From positions 1 through 61,189 of the forward strand of contig JBKPAL010000145.1 of assembly GCA_046726395.1 (NCBI GenBank): a DNA stretch of 61,189 nucleotides. Direction: 5' to 3'. The position numbers and the translations under genes are program-made. The DNA comes from Acidobacteriota bacterium (GTDB lineage: Bacteria > Acidobacteriota > Blastocatellia > Pyrinomonadales > Pyrinomonadaceae). The notes beneath the pieces are model-generated. The model was given only the letters and a program-made list of their open reading frames with translations. It made no database searches and was not told where the DNA came from. Position 1 is the first letter of the stretch. Every line of letters starts with the position of its first letter. Below, piece by piece: positions 51,955-61,189 of the stretch.

Positions 51955-52902
51955 TCATTGTTTGATGGGCGAGTTTTTGGCCACACGAATGCGTTCCTCA
52001 AGGTCTTTCCCGAGTTCGCTATCTAACTCCACGCACTTCGCAAGATCTTTTTTAGCTTCTGCGTCGCGGCCCAGACGCAACAGCAAAAGTCCGCGACTGC
52101 CGTAGGCTTGCGCGAAGGACGGATCGAGCCTGATAGTCGTGGCGTAATCCACAAGAGCCATATTGATGTCGTTCTTGACGATCCAGGCAATCGCGCGCCG
52201 ATAGTAAGCCGTACTCATTTGGGGATCTAGCTCGATTGCATGATTGAGATCCGCAAATGTCCTGTCCAGATCGCCCAACAATCGCCAAGCCTGTCCTCGA
52301 TCGGAATAGAAGACCGCATTATCGGGATCTATAGCAATCGCCGTTTCGAAATCGGCAAGCGCTTTGCGAATCTCATTCTTGTCTAGTAAGACTCGTCCTC
52401 TTCCGTCGTAAGCACGCCCATGTCGTGGCATTTTCCCGATGACATAGCTAAAGTCCGCGATGGCACCATCAAGATCTTTCTTAAGCCACCGCATCGCACC
52501 GCGGGTAACGTAAACCTCGATTAGGCCCGGATTAATAAGGAGCGCTTGATTTGCATCCGCTAACGCGCCGTCGATATCTCCAGTACGGAACCGGGCCAGG
52601 GCGCGGCCTGAAAACGCCAGCGCCGTGAGGGGATCAATCAGAGTGATTTGGGACCCGTCACCCTCAGGAACCAGGCTTGTTCTTCCCTTCCAGTTATTAC
52701 GTGAGAATTTACCCGTCCTTACGGAGTTAAGGTCGATGACTCTAGTGAACTCGGCGATCGCTCGTTCGAAGTCATTCTTCAAATAATATTCGGTCGCATG
52801 CTTGTAAAGATCCCGAACATGACTCTGACTCTGTGAGTTTGCTGTGGACATTAAGCCGAAGAGTAAAAGACATAACAGACACGCTCGACCTTGCTTCAGC
52901 AT
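51955..52902 (-). CDS. Secreted tetratricopeptide-repeat (TPR) protein
   Basis: Has a signal peptide, then repeated 34-aa units with A..F..AI.LDP / Y..RG patterns (at least 6). Confidence 0.85.
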   Translation of the reverse strand: MLKQGRACLLCLLLFGLMSTANSQSQSHVRDLYKHATEYYLKNDFERAIAEFTRVIDLNSVRTGKFSRNNWKGRTSLVPEGDGSQITLIDPLTALAFSGRALARFRTGDIDGALADANQALLINPGLIEVYVTRGAMRWLKKDLDGAIADFSYVIGKMPRHGRAYDGRGRVLLDKNEIRKALADFETAIAIDPDNAVFYSDRGQAWRLLGDLDRTFADLNHAIELDPQMSTAYYRRAIAWIVKNDINMALVDYATTIRLDPSFAQAYGSRGLLLLRLGRDAEAKKDLAKCVELDSELGKDLEERIRVAKNSPIKQ

Positions 52903-52975
52903 TTCCGGCCCTCCTTTATCCCGCGTTCTTTGTTGAAATCAGGCTTAGCCAGCCGCTCCGGTCCAATAACTTTCC

Positions 52976-53004
52976 GGAACTTCGCTAGACGAAGCGGTAT
53001 CTAA
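52976..53004 (+). promoter_or_regulatory. Candidate ECF-type promoter (GGAACTT-N17-TCTAA)
   Basis: GGAACTT at 52976-52982 and TCTAA at 53000-53004, ~225 nt upstream of the beta-propeller lipoprotein gene. Pattern match only. Confidence 0.2.
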
Positions 53005-53226
53005 CTTAAGTAGAGCTACGCAGGATTGTGGTTAAAACTCTCCGTAGTGGGCCGTACGTTTAGAGTCGTTAAAGGAGAGTTGCCGTGCGACTCGTTCGTT
53101 TCATCGCTCTAGTGGAAGAACACCAACCGCGCGAGGTTTGTGACGTTAAATGCTGGATTGGTGCCGCAAGTTTTTCGCAATGGCCCCGTTCATGCTGATG
53201 AGTGTAAGTAGAAGTGCCAGAGTGAG

Positions 53227-55167
53227 GTGAAGAACCCGATGAAAAACTCTTTACTATTCGCAATCTCAACCGGACTTATCGTGGCCGCTTTTGCTGGCTG
53301 CGGTGAGGCTCCTTCCAGTGCTATTCCTCCAGTTTACGCAAACCCGACCGTTTCAACTGCCAGCAAGCCAATGCGCGCATTTCGCTCAGATAAAGAACTG
53401 GCAGACTACCTCCGAAAAGCTGCACAAAAGATGGCGCGCAGGCGCGCTGAGCTTCAGGCAATGTTCAGCTCAGACGCGCCGGCTGATACTAGTGTTGCTA
53501 AAAGCGTCGCCGGCGTCGCTGGTAAGACGGAGGATCCGAGCGAATCTGTTACGAACGTGCAGCATGCCGGAGTCGACGAAGGAGGCATCGTCAAATTGCA
53601 TGGAAATCATCTGGTCGTACTTCGTCGAGGCCGGTTGTTTACTGTGAAGATCGGCGATGGAGAGTTGCGTCCTATCTCAACAGTAGACGCCTTTGGTCCA
53701 GACATTGATCCAAAATACACGTGGTATGACGAAATGCTCGTGGCCGAAGACACAATAGCGGTCATCGGATATAGCTATGAACGTGGTGGCACCGAGGTTG
53801 GTCTGTTCCGAATTGACGACAATGGCGCGCTCAGTTATCGGTACACTTATCATTTGCGATCAAATGATTACTACTCATCTCGTAACTATGCCAGTCGTCT
53901 GATTGGTAACAAACTCATTTTCTATACGCCGCTGTACCTCTCGATGAACCCGGAAGATCCGTTTCAGAATTTTCCAGCGGTAAGGAAGTGGCATAAGGGT
54001 GCAACGCTTAGTGAATTCCAACGAATCGTTGCCTGGACCAATGTCTACAGACCCGAACGAGAAATCAATGGCAATCTTGCCCTGCATACCGTCACATCGT
54101 GTGATCTCGCGGGCGACTTTAAATGCACAGCTACCGCAGTGCTTGGGCCTCCAGGTAGGGTGTTCTATGTGTCGCCTCAATCTGTCTATGTCTGGTTGAC
54201 CGATTGGACCATCGATGGAAATACCAGCAAGAGCACTTCAATGCTCTACCGAATGCCGTTAGACGGATCAGGACCAAGTGCTCTTGGCGTGTCAGGTAGT
54301 CCGGTCGATCAGTTTTCTTTCCTTGAAAGTGCTGACGGTCACTTGAATGTTCTTGTCCGATCAAATGCCAATGGCGACGGCATGTGGGCTGCAGAATCAG
54401 CTGAGGGAGAAGTAGCCCTGTTGCGTGTAGCGTTGTCGTCCTTCTCAGATGGTAGTGGAAACGCTGCGGCGTCGAACTATCGCAAGCTGATTAAACCCGA
54501 AGGTTACACCTTCCAGAATCGTTTTGTCGGCGACTATCTGATTTATGGTACCGGCAGTGGCTGGGGCTCCCCGCAGACGAATGGTGACTCGAAACTAGAG
54601 TTAGTTCGATGGGCTGGTGGGCCTGCTTATGAACTTTCGCTGCCTCATGGAGTAGATCGAATAGAAGTGATGGGGCACGACGCCGTAGTGGTAGGCACAG
54701 ACGGCAAGGACCTGCACTTTAGTGCTGTGCGATTGGATGACTCGCCAGCGGTAGCTTTTCGTTATACCCGGCCCAATGCTTCACAAGGCGAACTGCGCAG
54801 TCATGGTTTCTTCTACAAACCTGATGGTCCCGACTCGGGTACTTTGGGGCTTCCGATAAGTACTCCCGCCAGACCTGGTTACCGACACCTGTTTGAAGAG
54901 TCTGCCTCGATTCTGTTCCTGCGAAATGAGTCAGGAGGATTGCGCGAGGTTGGCACTCTGGCAGCAAGGTCCGAAGGTGCTGTTAATGATAGCTGTCGGG
55001 CTTCATGTGTTGACTGGTACGGGAATGCCCGGCCGTTGTTCGTTCGCGGCCGACTCTTCGCACTGTTGGGGTATGAACTAGTCGAAGGAGCGGTTGCCGG
55101 TGGTCAGATCCGTGAACTGCGTCGTGTTAGCTATGCTCCCAACCGGCAGCAAGTAACGCGAAGGTAG
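53227..55167 (+). CDS. Lipoprotein with a beta-propeller domain (Beta_propel-type family)
   Basis: Has a lipobox (LIVAAFAGC). The block TNVQHAGVDEGGIVKLHGNHLVVL is characteristic of the secreted beta-propeller domain family. 646 aa. Confidence 0.62.
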   Translation: MKNPMKNSLLFAISTGLIVAAFAGCGEAPSSAIPPVYANPTVSTASKPMRAFRSDKELADYLRKAAQKMARRRAELQAMFSSDAPADTSVAKSVAGVAGKTEDPSESVTNVQHAGVDEGGIVKLHGNHLVVLRRGRLFTVKIGDGELRPISTVDAFGPDIDPKYTWYDEMLVAEDTIAVIGYSYERGGTEVGLFRIDDNGALSYRYTYHLRSNDYYSSRNYASRLIGNKLIFYTPLYLSMNPEDPFQNFPAVRKWHKGATLSEFQRIVAWTNVYRPEREINGNLALHTVTSCDLAGDFKCTATAVLGPPGRVFYVSPQSVYVWLTDWTIDGNTSKSTSMLYRMPLDGSGPSALGVSGSPVDQFSFLESADGHLNVLVRSNANGDGMWAAESAEGEVALLRVALSSFSDGSGNAAASNYRKLIKPEGYTFQNRFVGDYLIYGTGSGWGSPQTNGDSKLELVRWAGGPAYELSLPHGVDRIEVMGHDAVVVGTDGKDLHFSAVRLDDSPAVAFRYTRPNASQGELRSHGFFYKPDGPDSGTLGLPISTPARPGYRHLFEESASILFLRNESGGLREVGTLAARSEGAVNDSCRASCVDWYGNARPLFVRGRLFALLGYELVEGAVAGGQIRELRRVSYAPNRQQVTRR

Positions 55168-55201
55168 GTGATAGGAGTAAGACTTCAACGTTGATGGTGG
55201 C

Positions 55202-55354
55202 GGATCTTTAGCGTGGGTAAACCGCCCTTCCTAACCTAAAGGCTTTCGATGTTGGAATATGGTTTTCAGCATTGAAAGCCTTTCAAGTGCAGGCAACCAC
55301 CCAACAATGAAACTCTCTAGGTAAGGAAGGGCGGTTTACCCCCGCTCAAGATCC
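55202..55354. repeat. Second member of the GGGTAAACCGCCCTTCC inverted-repeat family
   Basis: GGATCTTTAGCGTGGGTAAACCGCCCTTCCTAACCTA (55202-) faces CTAGGTAAGGAAGGGCGGTTTACCCCCGCTCAAGATCC (-55354). An inner hairpin AAAGGCTTTC...GAAAGCCTTT is also present. Confidence 0.82.
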
Positions 55355-55415
55355 TGCAGTGTGAACGTCGAATCCATCTGGTCGTGCATATCTGAATGAT
55401 ACAATCCTCACATAT

Positions 55416-56003
55416 ATGAAACCGCGTTTCTTTAAGACTGCTGATGCCTTCCGCAAATGGCTCGAGAAGAACCACGACAAAGAAACTGAATTGAGCATCG
55501 GTTTTCATAAGAAGAACTCTGGCAAACCGAGTATCACTTATCCCGAAGCTCTGGATGAGGCGCTCTGCTTCGGTTGGATCGATGGTGTCCGCAGGAATGT
55601 TAATGAGACAAGTTATTCAATCCGGTTCACGCCGCGAAAAACGAAAAGTATTTGGAGCGTAGTAAACATGAGACGCGCAACGGAGCTTGAGAATTTAGGA
55701 TTGATGAGGCCACCAGGCTTACGCGCGTTCCAAGCTCGCGATCCGAAGAGATCTGGAATCTATTCATTTGAGAACGCCGCGCGCGAATTAGATCCAGAGT
55801 TCGAGAAGAGATTTCGCGCAAACAAGAAAGCCTGGGACTTCTTCCAAGCGCAACCACCCTACATAACTAAGGTGTGCAAGTTTTGGGTGATGAGCGCAAA
55901 AAAGGAAGAGACGCGACTGCGCAGACTGGACCAGCTGATCGCATCGTCAGCGAAAGGTCAACGAAGGGGTGTTATGACGAGTAATAAGAACACTAAGCAG
56001 TGA
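55416..56003 (+). CDS. YdeI/OmpD-associated family protein
   Basis: The N-terminal FRKWLEKNHDKETELSIGFHKK and GWIDGVRR blocks are typical of the YdeI (bacteriocin-protection) family. Confidence 0.68.
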   Translation: MKPRFFKTADAFRKWLEKNHDKETELSIGFHKKNSGKPSITYPEALDEALCFGWIDGVRRNVNETSYSIRFTPRKTKSIWSVVNMRRATELENLGLMRPPGLRAFQARDPKRSGIYSFENAARELDPEFEKRFRANKKAWDFFQAQPPYITKVCKFWVMSAKKEETRLRRLDQLIASSAKGQRRGVMTSNKNTKQ

Positions 56004-56065
56004 CCGTCACTCACAACCAAAATGAATCAATTCATCAATCGTCAATGGTCAATCGTCAATAACTT

Positions 56066-56536
56066 ATGTCCGACCTTCTAGTTAATTTGTTAACGCTACC
56101 GGCGTTTGATCCTGTAGTGCCCGAGTTGAGCGCCCGCAACATCAACATCCGTCGCGCGCAACCATTCGAGTTAACTCAAGTTCGCTCGTTTGTAGAGACA
56201 CACTTTTCCACGTCTTGGGCTGACGAGGTAAGCGTTGGATTTGCGAACAAGCCTGTATCTGTTTACATCGCTATGGCAAACGGAAAGGTAATTGGATTCG
56301 CCGCTTACGAATGCACGCGCCGAGGCTTTTTTGGACCAACTGGTGTTATTGACGAGTACAGAAATTTAGGTGTCGGTAAAGCGTTACTGTTTCCCTCTCT
56401 GTGGGCATTGCGAGAGATGGGCTACGTCTACGGAATTATTGGTGGAGTTGGTCCCATTAATTTCTACCGGAAGGCGGTCGGCGCGATTGAAATTCCGGGA
56501 AGTGGCATTGGCATTTATAAAGATCCTTTAGGTTAA
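56066..56536 (+). CDS. GNAT family N-acetyltransferase
   Basis: Has the acetyl-CoA-binding motif A region YRNLGVGKALL. 156 aa. Confidence 0.68.
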   Translation: MSDLLVNLLTLPAFDPVVPELSARNINIRRAQPFELTQVRSFVETHFSTSWADEVSVGFANKPVSVYIAMANGKVIGFAAYECTRRGFFGPTGVIDEYRNLGVGKALLFPSLWALREMGYVYGIIGGVGPINFYRKAVGAIEIPGSGIGIYKDPLG

Positions 56537-56559
56537 GCCGTGACCTTGACGAGACATTT

Positions 56560-56665
56560 ACAGAACCGGGAGCGGTAGCGACCGGATGCTACATTCAACT
56601 GCGTACAGTCCTGTGCGGTCGTATAGTTGAGTGTAGCATCCGGTCGCTACCGCTCCCGGTTCTGT
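56560..56665. repeat. MITE/REP-like hairpin element, best-preserved copy of the ACAGAACCGGGAGCGGTAGCGACCGGATGCTACA family
   Basis: Perfect 34-nt arms (56560-56593 and 56632-56665), with further imperfect pairing inward. The same arms occur at 17262-17382. Confidence 0.88.
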
Positions 56666-56687
56666 ATTGTTGGTCCAATCAATACGT

Positions 56688-58067
56688 ATGAACAAGGTAC
56701 AAGAGCTCCAAGTAAAAGCGCACGTGCGCAGACAGGCACCACTGCCGCCGCAACTAAAAGGCGACTTCGTGCAGGGCGTGATGCGCCAATTTAATCGCGA
56801 CCAACTCGCCTTCATTACGAGCTGCAGAGACTATGGCGATGTAGTTCGTCTACGTTTTCTCTATCTCACTGCGTACTTCATCTACCACCCGAATGACATT
56901 GAGTACGTGCTCTCCACGAACGCTCGAAATTTCGTAAAGTCCCGTTCATTGCGCTCGCCGTTCTTCAGGCGGCTGGTCGGAAACGGTTTGCTTACGAGCG
57001 AAGGCGAGGTCTGGCGCCGGCAACGTCGTCTGTCACAACCCGCATTTCATCGGCAACGAATCTCCAGCTACGGCGAAGTGATGGTTCAAAAGACGCAACG
57101 TATGCTCACGACATGGCAACCCGGCGAGACACGTAACATACACCGTGACATGATGCGGCTGACGCTTGAGATCGTGGTGAAGACACTCTTTAACGCCGAT
57201 GTTTCGGGCGAGGCCGACAAGGTGGGCCAGGTACTTTCGGAATTGGTGAAACCCTTTGCGTCACAAGCAACTCTGAAGTGGATTCTAGATAACCGTTTGC
57301 CGACCTCGGCTCATCGACGCTTTTACCGCCAGGCAAAGGAGATCGACAACATCGTCTATCGCATAATCAACGAGAGACGAATTAGTCGCTCCGACGAAGG
57401 CGATTTACTCTCGATGTTGCTGCAAGCATACGACGAAGACGATGGAACGCAGATGACTGATCAGCAGTTGAGAGACGAGGTCATGACTCTGTTTCTTGCC
57501 GGGCATGAAACCACAGCTCTAACCCTGTCCTGGGCATGGTATCTCCTGGCAGAAAATCCCAGCGCAGAAAGCAAATTTCATCAGGAGCTTGATGATGTGC
57601 TTGGTGGTCGACCAGCAACAGTCGCGGACATCCCAAATCTGAAGTACACCGATATGATCGCTAAAGAGTCGATGCGCTTGTTTCCTCCAGCATTTGGATT
57701 GGGGCGCGAGTCGATTGAGGAATGCGAGATCGGTGGCTTTCGTCTGCCACCCAAGACCCAGGTCTTTATGTTTCAGTGGGCCACGCATCGCGACACGCGG
57801 TTTTTCGAAGCACCGGAAGAATTCCAGCCAGAACGGTGGACAGAAGAAAGAGCCGCTAAGATTCCCAAGTATGCCTACTTCCCCTTCGGTGGTGGGCCGC
57901 GGGCATGTATCGGTAATTACTTTGCGATGATGGAGATCGTTTTACTACTAGCGACGATTGGCCAGCGCTTTCGTTTGAGCAAGGCTGGTGATCATGAAGT
58001 CGAACTGTATCCCGCGATGTCGCTGCGTCCGCGCAAGGGAATCTCCTTAACGGTCGAACTCCGTTGA
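56688..58067 (+). CDS. Cytochrome P450
   Basis: Has the heme-thiolate motif FGGGPRACIG, the ExxR motif (ESMR) and the I-helix AGHETT. I place the start at ATG 56688, because the ORF-track TTG 56667 lies at the edge of the repeat. Confidence 0.92.
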   Translation: MNKVQELQVKAHVRRQAPLPPQLKGDFVQGVMRQFNRDQLAFITSCRDYGDVVRLRFLYLTAYFIYHPNDIEYVLSTNARNFVKSRSLRSPFFRRLVGNGLLTSEGEVWRRQRRLSQPAFHRQRISSYGEVMVQKTQRMLTTWQPGETRNIHRDMMRLTLEIVVKTLFNADVSGEADKVGQVLSELVKPFASQATLKWILDNRLPTSAHRRFYRQAKEIDNIVYRIINERRISRSDEGDLLSMLLQAYDEDDGTQMTDQQLRDEVMTLFLAGHETTALTLSWAWYLLAENPSAESKFHQELDDVLGGRPATVADIPNLKYTDMIAKESMRLFPPAFGLGRESIEECEIGGFRLPPKTQVFMFQWATHRDTRFFEAPEEFQPERWTEERAAKIPKYAYFPFGGGPRACIGNYFAMMEIVLLLATIGQRFRLSKAGDHEVELYPAMSLRPRKGISLTVELR

Positions 58068-58072
58068 GTCAG

Positions 58073-58205
58073 TTTTGGAGTGCGGTGGCAGAGCGAAGCG
58101 ACGACACCGCTTTGGATTTGTGGCTCGGTTCAAGTTCAAGCCTCAAGTATCCACAGAAATGTTCAAAGCGGTGTCGTCGCTTCGCTCTGCCACCGGACTC
58201 CAAAA
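58073..58205. repeat. 133-nt hairpin element with ~43-nt arms
   Basis: TTTTGGAGTGCGGTGGCAGAGCGAAGCGACGACACCGCTTTG (58073-) is mirrored, with 1 mismatch, by CAAAGCGGTGTCGTCGCTTCGCTCTGCCACCGGACTCCAAAA (-58205). There is an inner ATTTGTGG/CCACAGAAAT pair. It lies between the convergent P450 and rsmA genes. Confidence 0.85.
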
Positions 58206-58211
58206 GGGCGA

Positions 58212-59087
58212 TCATTCCAATGATTGTGCGATGCTTCCCCATTCTGCGAGCGTGAGACTTTCTGCTCGACGTTGCAGATCAACCTCAGCTCTGCACAAGA
58301 CAATGCTCGCACCACCGTGTTGCTTGATGAGCTCCGAGAGCTTCGCCGGTGCATTTCGCAAGTTATTCAGAATCGTCTTCCTGCGTTGAGAAAAGCCGGC
58401 GCTTACCACACCCCACAAAATCTTCTCATTTTTGACTGCAACAGGTAGCTTCTCTCGGAACTTCAGACGAACCACACTGCTCCAGACCTTGGGTACCGGG
58501 CGAAACGCACGCGGCGCAACGTCGAACAGTTTCTCGGTCTCGCAATAAGCCTCAATCAGAACGGAGAGATAGCCTCGTTCCGAAGAACCAGCTGGTGCAG
58601 TCATCCGCTCAACCACCTCACGTTGCAGCATGACAACGAGTTCCGTCAGACAACTGCGTTGCGCGATCAATCGTTGGAGGATGGCCGTGGAAATGTTGTA
58701 AGGAAGATTCGCTACGAGACGTGCTGTTTTCGCGGGTGTGACAGCGGCACAAAAGTCGGCTTTGAGGGCATCACTCTGGATAACTTTGAAGTTGGTAACC
58801 GACATGAATCGTTCCTCAAGATAGGGCACCAACCTCCGATCGAGTTCATAAGCTATGACCTTTCCGGCTCGAGTAACGAGCTCTTGCGTCAATGCTCCTT
58901 TACCTGGTCCAATCTCAATGATTGTTTCGTCAGACTTTGGGTCGAGTGCGGAGACGATGCGATCTACGATGGATTGGTCGGTGAGGAAGTTCTGGCCGAA
59001 GCGTTTTGAGGGAATGTGGAAATCATGTTCGTCTGGTCGCTTGTCGCTTCGTCGCCTGGTAGCCTTGGGCGCATTCCCTTTTCTCAT
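58212..59087 (-). CDS. rsmA: 16S rRNA (adenine1518/1519-N6)-dimethyltransferase
   Basis: FGQNFL, the SAM motif EIGPGKGALT and NLPYNIST blocks are present. Confidence 0.93.
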   Translation of the reverse strand: MRKGNAPKATRRRSDKRPDEHDFHIPSKRFGQNFLTDQSIVDRIVSALDPKSDETIIEIGPGKGALTQELVTRAGKVIAYELDRRLVPYLEERFMSVTNFKVIQSDALKADFCAAVTPAKTARLVANLPYNISTAILQRLIAQRSCLTELVVMLQREVVERMTAPAGSSERGYLSVLIEAYCETEKLFDVAPRAFRPVPKVWSSVVRLKFREKLPVAVKNEKILWGVVSAGFSQRRKTILNNLRNAPAKLSELIKQHGGASIVLCRAEVDLQRRAESLTLAEWGSIAQSLE

Positions 59088-59096
59088 GTCTGGCTC

Positions 59097-60254
59097 TCAA
59101 GACTCGCCGAGAGCGAGATAACCAGTAATCTCCAAATCACCATCGCGATCGATCACTTCAACGTCGCTAAGCTGGAGTGCGTCGGCAATGCTCTCGGCCC
59201 CTCGTCCGCCGACTGCGTTTGGAGCATCGCGGCCACCGATTATTTTCGGTGCGATAAAGACAGTGATCTTGTTCACCAGACCTGCGTCCAGAAATTTACC
59301 CGCGACTGTTGCGCCACCCTCCACTAACAAGGACTGAATTGATCTCTGCCCCAATTCGTCGAGAACCGACGTGAGATCCCTGCCGCTGTTGCCGTCAGTG
59401 ACAATCTCAACCCCCAGGTCTTCCAGGTTCTTGATCCGCGTGGCATCGGCTTCACCTGCAAACAGAAGAACCGGCGTCTCTCGCGCAGTTGAGGCAAGCT
59501 GGGATGTCGTCGACAGGTTGACATTCTCATCCAACAAAATGCGAACAAGCGGACGCCGTCTCCTCTTACCAGAACGATCAGTCAACAGGGGATCATCTGC
59601 TACAGCTGTGCCGGCACCGATCAGAATTGCATCGTAATCGCGTCGCAGGTCATGAACGCGCGAACGAGATCGCTCTCCGGTGATCCAGCGTGAGTCGCCG
59701 GTCCGCGTCGCAATCTTTCCATCAAGAGACATCGCGAGCTTCAAATGCACAAATGGACGATGCGTGCGCATGAAATGAAAATACTTCTCATTAAGCCGTG
59801 CCGCTTCAGTGGCCATTAGTCCGACGTCCACTTGAACACCGGCTTCTCGGAGGTGTGCGAAGCCTCTGCCTGAAACCTTTGGATTCGGATCCTCGATCGG
59901 CGCTACGACACGAGTTACACCCGCAGCGATCAAGGCATCACTGCACGGCGGCGTACGTCCATGATGAGCATGAGGTTCGAGGGACACATAAGCTGTTCCA
60001 CCTTTGGCCCGTTCTCCAGCTTGTTCCAGAGCCAGCGTCTCAGCGTGCTTTACATCCTCGAAAACGTAAAAGCCTTCACCCACAATCGAGTCGCCCTGCA
60101 CGATCACACATCCAACCAATGGGCCAGGACTGACGAGCGCCGCACCCTTCTCAGCAAGCTCGAGCGCACGGACTACCATCCGGCGGTCTACTTCAGTTGA
60201 AGCAGAACTCACAATCGGTTTAGTGGAGGTTGTTGGTTGTACTCGGCTGGTCAA
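59097..60254 (-). CDS. ribD: Bifunctional riboflavin biosynthesis protein RibD (pyrimidine deaminase/uracil reductase)
   Basis: Has the deaminase zinc motifs HAE and PC...([15 protein letters not shown]). The C-terminal RibD_C reductase domain ([11 protein letters not shown]...) is present. Confidence 0.95.
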   Translation of the reverse strand: MTSRVQPTTSTKPIVSSASTEVDRRMVVRALELAEKGAALVSPGPLVGCVIVQGDSIVGEGFYVFEDVKHAETLALEQAGERAKGGTAYVSLEPHAHHGRTPPCSDALIAAGVTRVVAPIEDPNPKVSGRGFAHLREAGVQVDVGLMATEAARLNEKYFHFMRTHRPFVHLKLAMSLDGKIATRTGDSRWITGERSRSRVHDLRRDYDAILIGAGTAVADDPLLTDRSGKRRRRPLVRILLDENVNLSTTSQLASTARETPVLLFAGEADATRIKNLEDLGVEIVTDGNSGRDLTSVLDELGQRSIQSLLVEGGATVAGKFLDAGLVNKITVFIAPKIIGGRDAPNAVGGRGAESIADALQLSDVEVIDRDGDLEITGYLALGES

Positions 60255-61189
60255 TTAAATAATCCATCCACGTAGAGTTCTGGATCGAACACCACCAGGT
60301 CATCAACCTTTTCGCCAATTCCGGCGTAACGAATTGGTAAGTTAAGTTCCTTCGCGATAGCAACAGCGATACCACCTTTGGCCGTGCCGTCAAGTTTCGT
60401 CAAGACAATCCCTGTCACGCCTGCTGTCTTCAGAAACTGTCGCGCCTGTTCAAGACCGTTTTGTCCAGTCACTGCGTCGACTACCAGAAGCGTCTCGTGA
60501 GGAGCCCCTTCAACTTCACGCGAAGCTACGCGCTTCATCTTTTCAAGCTCCGCCATGAGATTCGATTTGGTGTGGAGACGCCCTGCCGTGTCAACGATCA
60601 AAACATCCGAGCTACGAGCCTTCGCTGCTTTGAGAGAGTCGAACAGAACTGCTGCCGGATCCGTACCCTGTTTCTGTTGGATTAAAGGAACTCCAGTGCG
60701 CTCGGCCCATATCGCCAACTGATCTGACGCAGCCGCGCGGAAAGTATCAGCTGCACAAATGAGCACATCATTTCCTTCGGCCTTTATTCGTTGGGCCAAC
60801 TTGCCAATGGTCGTAGTCTTGCCGACACCGTTCACACCTACAATCATCATCACATAAGGCGCAACATTTTCGGGGACGCTAGTTTCGGTCGCTACTCCCT
60901 GGCGCTCTGAGGCGCGCAAGATTCGTAGCAGTTCATCCTTTATTGCCTGCTTTAAAGCCTCGATGTCGTTAATCTGCTTGCGTGCAATTCCGCGTCGAAC
61001 TGTCTCAAGAATGTGCTGCGTGGTCGAAACGCCGATGTCAGCGGCGATCAATGCCTCCTCTAGCTGATCCAGCAGGTCCTCGTCAATCTGTTTGAAGCCC
61101 TGAAAGACCGTATCAAGTCTTTCAGAAAGCGATTCGCGCGTAGCGGCAACTGCACGCCGAAATCGAGCCGAGAATTCCTGCTCCAAAGC
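60251..61189 (-). CDS. ftsY: Signal recognition particle receptor FtsY (5' end probably outside the window)
   Basis: The NG domain has [19 protein letters not shown] and [10 protein letters not shown]. The ORF runs to the window edge, and the apparent TTG start at 61186 is probably an artefact. Confidence 0.93.
   Translation of the reverse strand, partial: ALEQEFSARFRRAVAATRESLSERLDTVFQGFKQIDEDLLDQLEEALIAADIGVSTTQHILETVRRGIARKQINDIEALKQAIKDELLRILRASERQGVATETSVPENVAPYVMMIVGVNGVGKTTTIGKLAQRIKAEGNDVLICAADTFRAAASDQLAIWAERTGVPLIQQKQGTDPAAVLFDSLKAAKARSSDVLIVDTAGRLHTKSNLMAELEKMKRVASREVEGAPHETLLVVDAVTGQNGLEQARQFLKTAGVTGIVLTKLDGTAKGGIAVAIAKELNLPIRYAGIGEKVDDLVVFDPELYVDGLFN

Noticed and set aside
60251-60254. 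FMN riboswitch upstream of ribD
   Set aside because: The ribD start overlaps the ftsY stop by 4 nt, so there is no leader.
1-61189. Sigma-54 (-24/-12) promoters that could be targets of the encoded EBP
   Set aside because: The TGGCAC occurrences I noticed (around 7890, 11110, 17120 and 30950) are inside coding regions and lack TTGC at the correct 5-nt spacing. None was found in intergenic spacers by eye.
1-61189. tRNA, rRNA, tmRNA, SRP RNA or 6S RNA genes; transposase, integrase, phage or defence-system genes
   Set aside because: No cloverleaf-like or conserved-core sequences were noticed in the spacers apart from rnpB. Every ORF above ~150 aa is assignable to a housekeeping or envelope family or is a simple membrane protein. 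A computational scan (tRNAscan-SE, Infernal, DefenseFinder/PADLOC) would be the decisive test.

Overview
This is a gene-dense 61-kb chromosomal segment. It reads like core genome of an Acidobacteriota-type bacterium. That assignment is inference from three things: a VWA protein of the acidobacterial TIGR03436 type, a long zinc-ribbon/TonB_C protein, and an lptB-rpoN-hpf-rapZ-EIIA(Man)-HPr-EI cluster. I support about 56 protein genes. They include metH, coaD, an ECF sigma with a coupled TonB-like partner, a four-gene ABC cluster, a CysK-like plus cystathionine gamma-lyase pair, a HemX-like gene with hemA-hemC-hemD, a sigma-54 activator, the LPS-export/rpoN/regulatory-PTS block, uppP, RNase J, M64 peptidase, P450, rsmA, ribD and a partial ftsY. 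The ORF track misses one RNA gene, RNase P RNA (rnpB, 34121-34590, minus strand). I saw no rRNA, tRNA, CRISPR array, transposase, integrase or recognisable defence gene. The most unusual content is non-coding. Almost every intergenic spacer longer than about 100 nt holds a long hairpin-forming repeat. These fall into at least eight dispersed families, several built from tandem 7-9-nt words arranged as concentric palindromes. One of them is a ~310-nt nested palindrome sitting where hprK/ptsN normally lies. The metH leader is ~170 nt, carries an intrinsic terminator, and has a competing 9-nt complement, so it looks like a riboswitch or attenuator; I could not assign it to a known class by eye. 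I do not see convincing evidence for a novel multi-gene protein system. The protein-level oddities I flag at moderate interest are:
- the ECF sigma translationally coupled to the TonB_C protein
- orphan Dpp-type permeases fused into an ABC-2 operon
- a 770-aa LptC/LptA-like fusion
- an enhancer-binding protein (EBP) with a degenerate receiver
- a CPBP-like protein with QQ in place of the catalytic EE
All family calls come from motifs read in the translations; no database search was run.
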